A DNA stretch of 63,421 nucleotides, filler included, from Octopus bimaculoides (GCF_001194135.2; 6 parts of 6 records of this genome joined end to end with filler, not necessarily neighbours in it), one strand, 5' to 3'. Shown: positions 25,845 through 40,029, counted from the first letter of the whole stretch. Program-made: numbers and translations. The notes: generated by a model from the letters alone, not told the origin.

Positions 25845-26485
25845 CGCACCACAAAATGTATTATGACAAAATGGCCATACTCTGATAAGTACCGTTTGCC
25901 ACGTTGACAAGGAGATTAAAGGGAAATCGTCCTGATATTAACGTCAAACAACATCATTAAAATATCTCCTAATCGACGTGTAAGTTCCAATGGAATTGAT
26001 ACGTCGATACGTCAATATATTCATGAAAGAAATGGGGAATATATCCCAATATAAAGCCTGGAAAATGAGATATCCAGAATTGGAGGGGACTGATAACAGA
26101 AACAATTCCTGATATAATAGGTGCCTTAGGTATAATAAAAAGATACGCAGACAAATATGTGTGTGTGTATATATACACACACACACACACACACANNNNN
26201 NNNNNATATATATATATATAAATATATATAAAAGAAAATATCCGTTGACTTACACATACATAATATACAGTAAATAACCATAATAGATACTGCATACATA
26301 TGAATATACATGCAAGTATGTATGTATGTATGCATAAATACATGTATCTATGCATAAATATATGTATGTAAGTATGTATATATATTAATGTATGTATAAC
26401 GTAAAGTACTCGCGATATTGCAGGAAAGCCCGCCACAAAGCTTACTCGCATTAGGCACACAACTGCAAGGCCACATACACAAAAA
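25845..26485 (+). mobile_element. R4/Dong-clade LINE restriction-like endonuclease domain, split by a microsatellite
   Basis: GNRPDI (25925-25939), LLIDV.VP, ETIPDIIGALGIIKRYADKY (26099-26158), then IAGKP...LALGT near 26410-26465; followed by (TAA)n. Confidence 0.85.
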
Positions 26486-26494
26486 TAAGGATGC

Positions 26495-26517
26495 TAATAA
26501 TAATACAAATAATAACC

Positions 26518-26603
<86 letters not shown>

Positions 26604-26662
26604 AAGAAGAAGAAGAAGAAGAAGAAGAAGAAGAAGAAGAAGAAGAAGAAGAAGAAGAAGAA
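26495..26662. repeat. (TAA)n followed by (GAA)n
   Basis: Direct reading; runs into a gap. Confidence 0.95.
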
Positions 26663-27659
26663 NNNNNNNNNNNNNNNNNNNNNNNNNNNNNNNNNNNNNN
26701 NNNNNNNNNNNNNNNNNNNNNNNNNNNNNNNNNNNNNNNNNNNNNNNNNNNNNNNNNNNNNNNNNNNNNNNNNNNNNNNNNNNNNNNNNNNNNNNNNNNN
26801 NNNNNNNNNNNNNNNNNNNNNNNNNNNNNNNNNNNNNNNNNNNNNNNNNNNNNNNNNNNNNNNNNNNNNNNNNNNNNNNNNNNNNNNNNNNNNNNNNNNN
26901 NNNNNNNNNNNNNNNNNNNNNNNNNNNNNNNNNNNNNNNNNNNNNNNNNNNNNNNNNNNNNNNNNNNNNNNNNNNNNNNNNNNNNNNNNNNNNNNNNNNN
27001 NNNNNNNNNNNNNNNNNNNNNNNNNNNNNNNNNNNNNNNNNNNNNNNNNNNNNNNNNNNNNNNNNNNNNNNNNNNNNNNNNNNNNNNNNNNNNNNNNNNN
27101 NNNNNNNNNNNNNNNNNNNNNNNNNNNNNNNNNNNNNNNNNNNNNNNNNNNNNNNNNNNNNNNNNNNNNNNNNNNNNNNNNNNNNNNNNNNNNNNNNNNN
27201 NNNNNNNNNNNNNNNNNNNNNNNNNNNNNNNNNNNNNNNNNNNNNNNNNNNNNNNNNNNNNNNNNNNNNNNNNNNNNNNNNNNNNNNNNNNNNNNNNNNN
27301 NNNNNNNNNNNNNNNNNNNNNNNNNNNNNNNNNNNNNNNNNNNNNNNNNNNNNNNNNNNNNNNNNNNNNNNNNNNNNNNNNNNNNNNNNNNNNNNNNNNN
27401 NNNNNNNNNNNNNNNNNNATATCTTAATTATGAAACAAAAGGATTTTTCTAGAAATTTTTTCATTTCAGGTTTTGGAGAAATGATGATGTTTCATTCTTG
27501 ATGCAATTACATCAAAATTGGGGCATTTTGATGCCAGAGCAATTTGGATACAGTCTTCGGGGTCTAATTGATTACTCTGCTTTGTTTTTATGTTAATTAG
27601 AATGGAAAGTTCTCGTTTGCAAAGGTAGATTGTTGCAAAAGGCAGCAACATTTAAGAAC

Positions 27660-27955
27660 CACAGAATGGATTCGGATGAATGCTTCAGAGATGTTTGGCC
27701 TTGTGACTGGCACGAACTGATTAGATTTTGGGATCGACCCGGTATCGGACAAGGATTCTGGATTATTTTACCTGTCTTTTTTTGTTTTTTTTACCTAATT
27801 TTTGAGAGTGGCCGGGTTTATTTTTAGTATTCTCGTTTGTTAGAGCAGTCGGGTTTATTTCAGATATTTTCCTTTTAAAAATCATCTCTCGCCAATCGTT
27901 GACAGGGGGTTGGTGTTGCCTTGATGGAGGTTTGCGCTCTCTGAGTGCTCTTGCT
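27660..27955 (+). mobile_element. Helentron-associated non-autonomous element (HINE/DINE-like), 3' part
   Basis: gattagattttgggatcgacccggt...ggattctggat body; 3' subterminal tgatggagg followed by hairpin gcgctc-tct-gagtgc (27934-27948). Confidence 0.55.
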
Positions 27956-28631
27956 TATATATAATTTTATCAATGTCTAATGATTCCACATTACCCCCAA
28001 AAATTTCATTTTACCCCTGATCGCCGACAGGGGTAATTTACATAGGTATTGTATATTTTACAATACTGCAACACACGTATTGTATATTTTACACAATTTG
28101 CGCTCTGTAAAGAAACACAGAACATGTTCTTAACAGAAACGATATATTATTGTGTAACACATCTCATAGAGTAACAAAGAAGACTCGCGTAACTCAGATT
28201 TTATACAACAGACATCTCATAACATAGCGTCACCCACATATCTCAGGCGACATTTAAAATGTAATCACCACTCTGCATAAAAGGATATATGTCATAACTC
28301 GCCCAATACATATGAAAGACAACCACTACTACCATCCGAAAATTGCATAGCTCATATTCTATAGATTCTAAACAACAAAAGCCACACAATTATTCGAATA
28401 GTAACAGAAAAACGAAAATTCAGCAACGAAGCAAAGCTGAACTAGCATACAGACGCATTTCTACAAAATTATATGACAATGTTGCACACATCTCAGCAAC
28501 ATGGAGGTGCGTCACGGTATGCAATATAAACTTGTAGTAACCAATCAGAGAGCCTTACGCTAATATATATATTTTGTACATATATGCATGCATACATGCA
28601 CACACACATACACACACACACAAATTATATA

Positions 28632-29038
28632 TTCTTTTATTCTTTTATTTGTTTCAGTCATTTGGCTGTGGCCATGCCGGAGCACCACCTTTAGTCGAGC
28701 ATATCGACCCCAGGACTTATTCTTTGTAAGTCTAGTATTTATTCTACCGGTCTTTTTGCCGAACTGATAAGTTACGGGGACCTAAACACACCAGCATCGG
28801 TTGTCAAGCGATGTTAGGGGTACAAACACAGACACACAAACATATACACATGCATACATATATATATATGACGGGTTTCTTTCAGTTTCCGTCTAACAAA
28901 TCCACTCACAAGGCTTTGGTCGGCCCGAAGCTACAGTAGAAGACACTAGTCCAAGGTGGCACGCAGTGGGACTGAACCCGGAACCATGAACTATGTGATT
29001 GGTAAGCAAGCTGCTTACGACACAGCCATTCCTACGCC
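28632..29038 (-). mobile_element. SINE family A, full length
   Basis: Tail tttgtttcagtca to head cacagccattcctacgcc; small insertion atgaactatg in head. Confidence 0.92.
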
Positions 29039-29233
29039 TATATAGCCATATATTTGGACTATTTTATATCCATACATATGTACATATTTTTTCTATTAAA
29101 TGTATTTTGATATTCCGTGTAAATCGACTTGCCTAACTTGCTTGTCATTACATGTAATCGTCTACTGGCTCAAGATCGAAACACTTGAACAATTCGAAGT
29201 GTACAGAGAACACCAGTCTCTAACCTCCGTGTG

Positions 29234-29265
<32 letters not shown>

Positions 29266-29431
29266 ACAGCAGTTGGATTGTGGTTCGCTACAGCTGTTTC
29301 AGAAATGTTTTTTTTATTAATGAACAAAAGCGTGATTTCAATCACGATATCACTGACCTGACCTTACTGCTTTCACTATTTAGGTACCTGATTGTCTTGA
29401 ATCCTGGAAATAATGTGTGTGTGTGTGTGTA

Positions 29432-29477
<46 letters not shown>

Positions 29478-29558
29478 TTTAGTTATAGTAGTAGTAAAAT
29501 CTCCGGTCACATGAGAATTCGTATCCTGCACAGATGATTTGACATTGCTTGTAGAGGA

Positions 29559-29700
29559 GCACAGTGTTCCACACATCAGATGTTAAAGTGATCGCAGAGC
29601 AACGTGAAAGGAAGTGTTTCGCTGTGGAACGCAACACACCACCCCGTCCGGGAATTGAAACCGCGATCGCATGATCCTAAGTGCAACAACGTCCAAGCCA
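29559..29700 (-). mobile_element. tRNA-derived SINE (family E head)
   Basis: Minus strand ggatcatgcgatcgcggtttcaattcccggac...aaacacttcctttcacgttgctc. Confidence 0.7.
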
Positions 29701-29773
29701 ATAAATAATATATCATGAACCATACTACATAAAATTTTCACTCCCTTTTGAAGACGCATTATTATTACCAAAT

Positions 29774-29992
29774 GGCAAGGGCGGCGAGCCGGCAGAAACG
29801 TTAGCACGTCGGGAAAAATTCTTTTCGGTATTTCGTCCGTCTTCACGTTCTGAGTTCAAATTCCGCCGAGGTCGACTTTGCCTTTCATCCTTTCGGGGTC
29901 GATTAAATAAGTACCAGTCACGCACTGGGGTCAATGTAATCGACTTAATCCCTTCCCTCGGTTTTTGAGGCCTTGAGCTGCCAATAGAAAGG
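29774..29992 (+). mobile_element. SINE family B with 13-bp TSD
   Basis: TSD attattaccaaat at 29761-29773 and 29993-30005; CpG-intact. Confidence 0.95.
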
Positions 29993-30379
29993 ATTATTAC
30001 CAAATAGCAAGTACGATAAGCTACGCTTGAGAAACGAAGTTAATCTCAAGATTCATGAATTCTCCAAAGTTGACACGCCGTTAAGAAAAGGTCCGGGCTT
30101 ATTGTCTAGAGACACATATACATATTTGCATATTATGAAAGCAATGAACTCAAAACGAATGAACACAATATAGGAAGAGACAAGTTTTAACAAATTTTGT
30201 ATGAGCTTTATGCTTAAGTATCTACGCATAAACATATATGCGTAAGTAGACGCATAAAAATTATATGCGCAGGCAGACGCATAAATATATATGCGTAGGT
30301 AGATGCAGAAGGCAGAAAGTTCGATATCTCTGCGTGCCATCTTGAGCAAATGGCGTTTTCTATAACCTCAGACCCACTC

Positions 30380-30605
30380 TACCTTCTGTATGTAAATGAG
30401 TCAGTAGAAACTGTATCGAAGCTCATCAGACGGAACATATTGGTAATACAAAACGTACAGCTTTGTCGCGCTAATTCTACCTGAGAATACGTTAAGCATA
30501 GATCTGTGTATGTGGAATGTTTAGCCAATAAAACTTGAATTCAGGAGCAGCTAATTCAGTTGATCAAGCTAGTGAATCCTCACGTTAAACGACGGAGATA
30601 CCTCC
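30380..30605 (+). mobile_element. SINE-like family D (diverged)
   Basis: gttaag...gtggaatg..tagcca...cagttgatcaa...cgacggag aligns to the reverse complement of 56328-56470. Confidence 0.55.
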
Positions 30606-32505
30606 GCCCACACAAACGCACACAAACACATGTACAATCATAGATATACATATATAATTACACAAACACATGCGTATATTCATATACACACACTTATATA
30701 TACATATGTATATATATGCATGTATATGCATATATATGTTAGTGTGTGTTTGCACTGTACATACTCAGCTTTTGACAGATAATTGTATAAGTATACCTTA
30801 CCTCATGTTATAATCTTTATGAAAGGCAGTACTCTGCATATGTTTTTCTTCAGCTGTGGAGATCCGATATATTCACAACGTCATATTTTGAAAACGTTAC
30901 TCTATCTTTTATTCATCAAGCGTATGGCAGCTTTTTCCTGTCCCTGAATGAAGAAGTGATATTCTTCCAAGATAGATATATCCGTCGCAGATCTAGATGA
31001 AGGAAATATTTAATATTTAGTTCTCTCTCACACCCTGTCTCCCCCGTTGTCACTATGTCTCTCTTTCCCTCCCTTTCTCTCTCTCTCTCTCTCACTCTCT
31101 CTCTCTCTTTTTCTCGTCCTTTTTCTCATTTTGTCCACTTTGTTCAAACTCACTCATACGAACTCGTTCGCGCACACACGCACCTAGGCTCACACGCCAA
31201 ACTCATTGGCAAAAACAAGCAAATACAAACATATCCTTTTTATACTAATATATGCACACGTGCGTATGCATAATGCGCTTGCGTATGTATATACAAANNN
31301 NNNNNNNNNNNNNNNNNNNNNNNNNNNNNNNNNNNNNNNNNTTAATTAATTAANNNNNNNNNNNNNNNNNNNNNNNNNNNNNNNNNNNNNNNNNNNNATA
31401 TATATATATATATATATATATACGGCTACATTGTATCCTTACTTTTTCAAGAAGGCGAAAATGTAATTTGAGGAAAATTTAACTGCAATTTCTAGGAGGT
31501 TTTGTGTATCGCTACTACAATTGCAACTCTTCATTAGGGCTGACTAGTTAAATTCTACTAATTCTCTAATTCACCGGGTGCACCTGTTTTTAGTTTTGGT
31601 GCTCCATTCAATACCTCCCTTTCCCAAGCGCATGTAGAGGCTCCCTCACTGGTTTGTGTTTCTTTTCTTTTTTTTTGTTTCGAAAAAGGGTCTATGTTAC
31701 ACGTGTGGCATGTTTTGTAATTCTATATGTCTGGTGTTCCTTAAGTTCCTCTTGTTACAGCGATAGTGTGAAATGTATGAGTAGCGTTGACTGCTTACGT
31801 TACAAAAGGGGACGGCATGCGTATGCCATATCAAAGTCACGTGTGGAGAGCGGTTAAGTAAATAGATTTATAAAGAATTACATTGCGAGGAACAAGAAGG
31901 GTAAAAGAAAAATACTGGAGAAAGAGGGAGTGTGTGTAGGGGGGGGGGGAGAATCAGAGACAGACATGAAGGGGAGATGAGGTCAGAAACAAGCAAACAA
32001 ATGAAAATCAAGCAAATAAATGAAAAAGGAAGAGAACAAGAATAAGGTGTGGAAACAAAGAAACAAACGATTTTAAGAAAGAAGTAAAACATACATAAGA
32101 AAGATAAAGAATGCTGGTCGGGCAAAGAAAGGGAGAGAAAAGGAAAACTAAAACCGACACAAATAGTAATAATAATAACAAATAAGAAATAAAGTATGAT
32201 AGAAAAATAGAAAACGAAATACAGAAAGAAAGAAAGAGAGAAAGGCAAATACGTAGAAAGAAAAGCTTCAATAATATGAAATAGATAAAAAAAACAGTTT
32301 TAAAGACTATAAAGAAATAAATGAAATGAAAGGAAAAATGATATTGTAATACGTAAATAAAGGAAGAAGAAAAGTCACCAGAATATATAGTAAATTATAT
32401 AAATATTTGAACGAAGCTTCAAGTAAAATATAAAAACTTCATCGAAAAACACGCTTCTATATATATACAAACGGAGAGTATGATCACACATAAATTCATA
32501 AGCAC

Positions 32506-32536
<31 letters not shown>

Positions 32537-32993
32537 TGTATGTATGTATGTATGTATGTGTATATATATNNNNNNNNNNNNNNNNNNNNNNNNNNNNNNN
32601 NNNNNNNNNNNNNNNNNNNNNNNNNNNNNNNNNNNNNNNNNNNNNNNNNNNNNNNNNNNTATATATATATATATATATGTATATACATATATATATGTAC
32701 ATATATGCAGAAATTTGTATGTATATATATCTATGTATAAATATATATGTATATATACATACATTTATATGTGTATATATATATATAAACACACGCACAT
32801 ACATATACATATATAGACATATATGTAATATATGTATGCATGTAAAATATATGTAAATATACATACACACAAACACACATATATATGCATATACATCTAT
32901 GTATGTATATACGTATGTATATGTATAAATGTATATGCATACTATGATGGTTAAAAAGAATTCCAGATATGTGTGCGCGCGCGTGTGTGTGCC

Positions 32994-33024
<31 letters not shown>

Positions 33025-33271
33025 GTGTGTGTTGCAATATTAGTCATGACTGACACATTAAGTTTTGCCTGACAGCTCAATCAACTTTTCATAACTGGGC
33101 CCCAGGTATTAGCTAAATCGTCAGCCATAACAAACAATACAATTAATTTGACTTCAAATTTTCGTATGGCATCTCCCCATCAGTAAACTTAGTTTTTTTA
33201 AACCTAGCTTTAAAATATTAACTTTAAATTAACACACAGGCACACACTCATACTCGTGAACATGTGTATGA

Positions 33272-33339
<68 letters not shown>

Positions 33340-33669
33340 GAAATATATATATATATATATGTGTGTGCATGTATGTATGTATGTATGTATGTGTGTGTGT
33401 ATGTATGTATACGTGAGTGTATATGCGCGGATTTATATATATGAATGTGTATACACAACAGAACAAAATGCACAGACAGGCAAACAGACCACACACACAT
33501 GCACACACACACACACACACACGATCACACACACACACGCTCTCTCTCTCTCACACACACACACACATATATCATATATATTAGTCTCTGACCTTAGCGA
33601 AATCTTTTCCTACATATACATGTGTGTATGTGTGAGGGTGTTTCTCTGTGTGTGCGTGTGTGTAAGTTG

Positions 33670-33708
<39 letters not shown>

Positions 33709-34543
33709 CACATATATGTATGCATATATATATATATGCATATATGCATATATATATAAGTACATATATATATGTATATAAGCATAGATAGATATATTTA
33801 TAGATATAGATATATATTCGTACATATATATATACACTCATACATAGATATATGTGTGCGAATGTATATACTTGTATATTATAAACATACACACGTACAC
33901 GCATACACATGCAAATACGCACGTACACTTACACATATACATATATACATAACACGCATCTCACTTTGATCTCAACCAAAAACTATGTCTCTGTGTGTGT
34001 GTATGTGTGTGCATGAATATCTTACACACACACATATACACACACACAAGTATACACCTATGCACAAATATAAAACCAGTCCCTAGCGTACTTTTGTTTA
34101 GTTGTTTTCCTTTAGCGCTATTTATTTATATTTTTGTTTTTTAATAGATATCCGTATTGTCTACAATGTTAAGCTAAATACATTTGCCACAGACGGTAGA
34201 GCATAGAATATACAGGTAAATATTTCACTTGTTCAACTGTCTCAGACGCTTTTTAACCCCCCCCCTCTCTCTTTCACTCTCTCTCTCTCTCTCTCTCTCA
34301 CACACTTTCTTGTCTTTTTTTCTCTGCCCCTCTCTCTATTTCTCTCTCGCCTCTCCCTCTCTCCCTCTCTCTGTAAAGTCTCGTCTTTATCTTGCCACTA
34401 TTAGTAATGTTCCAAAATGGCTACGAAACAATGCTCTGGGCGATTATATTGTCAGATTATTTCTTTATCTAGCTACGAACAAAAGAGTAATAATAATAAC
34501 ATCTTCTGATTTCAATCATATACATGTTATATACATATGTATG

Positions 34544-34595
<52 letters not shown>

Positions 34596-36379
34596 AACAT
34601 ATATTGAAATATATGCACATGTACACATTCATTCTCATATGTGTCTACACACACACACACACACAAATCAGTGTGTGCTTATGTGTTTGTATATAAGCAT
34701 GAATTTCTACTGTGCATTTCTGCGCATTTATTACTATACGTGTCTATGTACGTGTGTATATATTTATATATATATAAAGTGGCGTGGTATGTGCATGTCT
34801 GTATATGTGTGTGTGTATATTAGCACGTGCATCAGTATGTGTACGTGCGTCTATGTGTGTATGTGTGTGCACAGGCGTGTGTATGTGTCTGTGTGAATCT
34901 ATGTTTGTACTTGGTTAAATGCTTATTGAGGGAGTTGTAGACATTTCTTTCTCTCTAGCTATCGAGTACAATATTGATTTCTCGTTCATATATTTGAATA
35001 CATCATATAGATACACTATAGCGTATATACACGTATACCTGGACGTAATAATCACACTAGACTATTTCTATATCTGCACATCTGTACGGTTGTTTTCTTG
35101 AAATGTTTTCAAAAGTTTATAGATATTCGTTTATGAATATACTTGCACACATATGTATGTTATGCAGCCATATATGAGAAGAAAGAAGAAGAGAAGTCGA
35201 GAAAGCAAAAGAAATATATAAATCAAAGACTAGAGGCGTTCAGGATCAAAATTATTCGTTTGACGCTAAAAGAAAAGGAAGGATTAAATTATGACGTTTT
35301 GGAGATTGTTCTTCATCCGAACATGGCTGTATAGAGGAGGAAACACGAATATATGGTCGTCATAGACTATATATGTGTGTGTGTGTATGTGTGTGTGCAT
35401 GTATGTATACATGTATATGTGTGTGTATGCTTATATATATATACATACATATATACACTACATAGTTGTCTGTGTATCTATCTATGTGTGTCTGTGTGTT
35501 TATGTGTGCGTGTATAATGGCATTACTTTGGGTTCTCAATTCTTGGATGGTGTTACACGGGTGCCGACGTAACATACGGTGTAGTGAGCATTTCTGGTGT
35601 GAACAATGTCTTATTACACCAGATGTGTTCAAGAAAATGTGACAAAGAGACAAAAGAACAAAAGAATTCCTTAAAGTTCTAGAGAGATACTTTATTTATC
35701 GAGTACGAAAGGAAGAAAGGCAAATTTAAATTATTATTAGTTCATTATTTTTGCGAAAAACTGTGATCTTCGGTTTGGCATAAGTGGAGTGAAGATGGAT
35801 TCCTCTCCATACAACCTCCTTCTTCTCTGCTCACCTGCTACAGCTCGTATTGAAACCCGATGCATGCAAAAGCATCCATTTACAATTTTGGTGTTGTCTG
35901 TGTGTTTTTGTTACATGCTGTGGAAAAGTTATTGACGTGGTTTTCACCGACATTCTATCGTTTTCCTGACTCCTTTTCTCCTAACTCTTGCTCCTCATAC
36001 ATCACATCTTCAACTTTACAGGTTTTACAAACACTTACCTCTGATCAAACTCACGAGTTGTTAAATCTTATATCCGTATTTTTCATGATGATGTGTAGAG
36101 TTTCTTCGCAACAGTCAACGGCTTCTCTCAACACTCAACTCGCTCTCCATTGAGGCAAGTAGATGGAATGGTACTTCTGGGAAGGGATTTAGGGGCTTTT
36201 GCATCGCTAGAGTCTGGTACCAACGATGAGGTGATCTCCACTACCATTTCCGGAGCGGTATTATGGCAGCAATAGCATCCAGGACTTGCTGTCATTCTAA
36301 CGTGCTTTTGCAACTGTTCACTACCTTTTGTTCCTCTTTTACACTCTCTTTTACAATCTCTTTCTACTTATTATGAACA

Positions 36380-36870
36380 GAAAGCCTTCGAGTAGCTTTT
36401 ACTATCAGAAATGTAACACTCGAACTATCTGTCCTACACCGCAAATCTCTTGCTATTGTTTCAGCACCCAAGACGAGGCACCACACTCGAATTGTTTTAC
36501 GGTCCTGAGGGGACATACTGACCCCAACTACATATCGTTCATTGACCCATTCAAGCTTACGAAGTTAGGGGCATTACAAAGCACTTGTAATGCCCTTAAC
36601 TTTCCATGGTTGTTCTGCCTCATGTACAGCAGAACTGACCTTGGACGGGTGTGTATTTCATTATTTCTACTTTACATTTTGCTTCTACCCCTGTCCCGAA
36701 AATCTATCAGATGTACACCTGTATGTATGCATTGCATCACTCGGTTAACAAGACATTGTCCTACATCGATTGGAGACTCCCTCAACTCATCTTTAGAGAG
36801 CATACAAATACCGTCCTCTAACGTGAAACCGACCGCGGGTGCTGATCTCGGTCGTAGCAGCAAAAAAATT
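36380..36870 (+). mobile_element. Possible degenerate RTE-clade RT thumb region
   Basis: With frameshifts: LTKL.HYKALVMPL..HGC, LDGC, RLPQLIF, KYRP...RPR. Confidence 0.35.
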
Positions 36871-37524
36871 CTGTACACCTTGGAGACTTGCTGCGAATGG
36901 TAGATACGGACCGACTCGGGAGCTTCGAATCGTTACGGACCCGGATTTTCCAGACTAACGTAAGTGAACTTTATCTATGCCTTCTCACGGACAAAATTCT
37001 CGAGCAACGAGATGCTACTTCTCATCACACACCATGTCACGATATCACACTTTTGTCTCTGACATGTTCTTGCCTTGATCTATACTTTCTTGATTAGATA
37101 CAATATTTGCAACGCTGTATGTTATTGTTAAGCAAGTTGTCAACATCACACTCTTTCGCATCAAAGCCCTATATATTTTTTTTTTATATTACGTTCTGTT
37201 TTATAAATTTTTTGTTCATTTCGTTCCTAATAACTTTGCTTTGTATGAAGCTGTCACTGCCTTGTTTTGTTGTTTTGAAGGGATGTTACTCACTGACATT
37301 TTGTGTTGAATGTCAACTAGAAAAACATTCAAAAACGTCTTTTTTTTTTTTCGTCTAATAAAATAAAACAACAAACTGCTCACCTTGTTTTTTTTTTTGT
37401 TTTTTTTTTCTTTTGCAACAACTCGAATCAATTGACACAAAAAAAAATTATCAATTTTGAAATATCCACAAAAGCTCTAATCCAGAAAGAACTTTGTGAA
37501 AAATGTCAAATCACAGTAAAATCC

Positions 37525-37525
<1 letters not shown>

Positions 37526-37571
<46 letters not shown>

Positions 37572-38650
37572 TAACAACAACAATAATAATAATAATAATA
37601 ATAAGGATTTCATTTCTTTACCATCATGGGGAAGAATGAGGGGGACAATACAAACACTGACATAAAGTGTTGGGGTTTACATATAATTAAGTGATAAAAT
37701 AATTAAATAAGTAACAATTTTAATTTTAATATGTAAGTATACACGGTATACAATGAAAAGGAAGGGAAATATACACAGTATACAAATGTTTAAAAAAATG
37801 GGGGGAGTATGATAGAGATGTAGCCCTCCTGATACAGGATGACCTCAAAAGATAATCGAGGAATCCCTCTGTCCGAAATTTCCTTGAACACCAAGAGCAA
37901 GTGCTCCCACCAATTCCTTCTCTTCGACTCACAGGTCTACACTTAGAAAAGTACCATCCACTCTTGCCATTTTCCCAACTTTCACCTACCTTTCAATAAA
38001 CTCACTCGAGAACAGCACTTCCCTCTCTACCGTCAATTTCCTTTTCAAATGAAACTTGAAGAAGTCAATGTGAGCTCTATCAAAGAGGAATGTATCTGTT
38101 CTCATGCCTCTCAGCCTTGTCTCCCAAACAACCTTTTTCGCCACAGACACCAAACAGAAGAAAACTGCTTGCTCGCCCGACTGATGGAGGGCGACGAGGC
38201 AATCCTCACTGCAGACTCGGTCGATAGATAGATGGAGCACGTGACAGCAACTGTTTAACATGACTCCACAATTCAGCAATGCCCAGACACTAAACGAATG
38301 CGTGCAGAACGATTTCGTCACTGTACGCACCTCGAACAAACACGTCTGACAGCACATCCGTGCCTGTAGAGTTTATCTCGAACCGGTAGCACTACCAAGC
38401 CAAGGACATCTAGAAAATTATCCATGATAGTTCCCGACGGAAAGTCCTCCGGAACAGACTAGCCAGTTCATTTTTGTCAACGCCCAGAGTCTCCCCGAGA
38501 ATGTCGTCGCACTTCCCTGCCACTAATCCTCTATAAATTTCTAAAGCAGAACATGCAGGAACCTACTACAAGAGACATTCCAAAGATGACTAATCAAGGA
38601 ACCCCAATAGATTCAGAATCACCTTGAACAGCCAGGACACAAGTTCTCAC
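37526..38650 (-). mobile_element. Tx1/L1-clade LINE ORF2 3' end with CCHC knuckle, 3'UTR and (ATT)n tail
   Basis: PVRDKLYRHG...CSRC..DEIVLHAFV.C...LW; FFCLVSVAKKVVWETRLRG; FFKFHLKRKLTVERE; tail 37526-37602. Confidence 0.8.
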
Positions 38651-38775
38651 CCAACTGTTGTTTCCCAATCTGAACACACATGCATAAATGTACTTCTGTT
38701 CACAATACTATTCTTGCTTCAGTCCCTCTCAATGGGCAAATTCATTGGGAGGGAGTAGTTTCCTCTCCACCTTCA

Positions 38776-38990
38776 GACGTATGGCTTAGTGGTTAGGAGT
38801 GTTGGACATATGACACGTTGTGTTCCTAAGCAAAACGTTTCATTTCACGTTGCTCCGGTCCACTCAGCTGGCAAAAATAAGTAATCTGCGATGGACCGGT
38901 GTCCAGTCCAGGGAGAGAGTTTATACGCCAGAGAAACTGGGAAACCGACCCGTATGAGTCTGTATGACACGAAAAGGACCTTTATCCTTA
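38776..38990 (+). mobile_element. tRNA-derived SINE (family E) with CORE-like and V-like segments; B-box deleted
   Basis: tggcttagtggttag head; ctcagctggcaaaaataagta; ctgcgatggaccggtgtccagtccagggg. Confidence 0.7.
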
Positions 38991-39059
38991 TATCCCCACC
39001 CTCACTTTCCTTTCCAAATGGAACTTTAAAAACTCGATAAGGGCTTCCGAGAACAGTTT

Positions 39060-39260
39060 CTGAGATAGGCACAAGGTTACATATTTTGTGGTGTTTGGGT
39101 GTTTCATCGATCCTGATATTTTACTGGTACTCGTTTTATCGGACTCGAAAAGAAAAACAGACGAAATCGATCGAGAGAGAATTTTAATTCTGAAGGCAAC
39201 GAGCAAATGCCAAAAGACATTTTGTTCGACATTGTTGCGATTTTGCTTGTCTACTGCCTT
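39060..39260 (-). mobile_element. Old SINE family B copy
   Basis: actggtactcgttttatcggactcgaaaag... degenerate reverse complement of the family B core. Confidence 0.5.
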
Positions 39261-39633
39261 GAAATATTATTTGTAATATAAAGAACACTAATTTTTATAG
39301 CAACAAAATGTAAAGGAAATTGGATTAAAAATAAAAATTAAATAATGATTGTAATAAAAAGAAAAGAAGCATCATTAAAAATAACAACTACAATGGAGGC
39401 GTCACCATCACCACCACCACATCGTGAAGGCCGTCGTGTTCTTGATGACGATGATGACGACGATGATGATGATAATAATGATAACCGTTGTTGTTGCTGT
39501 TGTTGTTGTTGTGGTGGTTGTGGTGGTCGTGGTCGTGGTCGTGGTACTGCTACTGGTGGTCGTGGTGGTGCTGCTGGTGCTGGTGGTGGTGCTGGGGGTG
39601 CTGGTGGTGGTGAGGATGGTAGGTGTAATGATA

Positions 39634-39840
39634 TTCTTTTACTCCTTTACTCTTTTACCTGTTTCAGTCATTTGACTGCGGCCATGCTGGAGCACCGCCT
39701 TTAGTCGAGCAAATCGACCCCAGGACTTATTCTTTGGAAGCCTAGTACTTATTCTATCGGTCTCTTTTGCCGAACCGCTAAGTTACGGGGACGTAAACAC
39801 ACCAGCATCGGTTGTCAAGCAATGTTGGGGGGGACAAACA
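39634..39840 (-). mobile_element. SINE family A, 3' half
   Basis: Near-consensus reverse complement, ends in (TA)n and a gap. Confidence 0.92.
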
Positions 39841-39849
39841 TGTACACAC

Positions 39850-39889
<40 letters not shown>

Positions 39890-39993
39890 NNNNNNNNNNN
39901 NNNNNNNNNNNNNNNNNNNNNNNNNNNNNNNNNTTAATTAATTAANNNNNNNNNNNNNNNNNNNNNNNNNNNNNNNNNNNNNNNNNNNNATAT

Positions 39994-40029
<36 letters not shown>

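Noticed and set aside
36328-36903. 191-aa plus-strand ORF as a novel gene
   Set aside because: No recognisable domain; LINE-like motifs are spread over several frames, indicating a decayed element.
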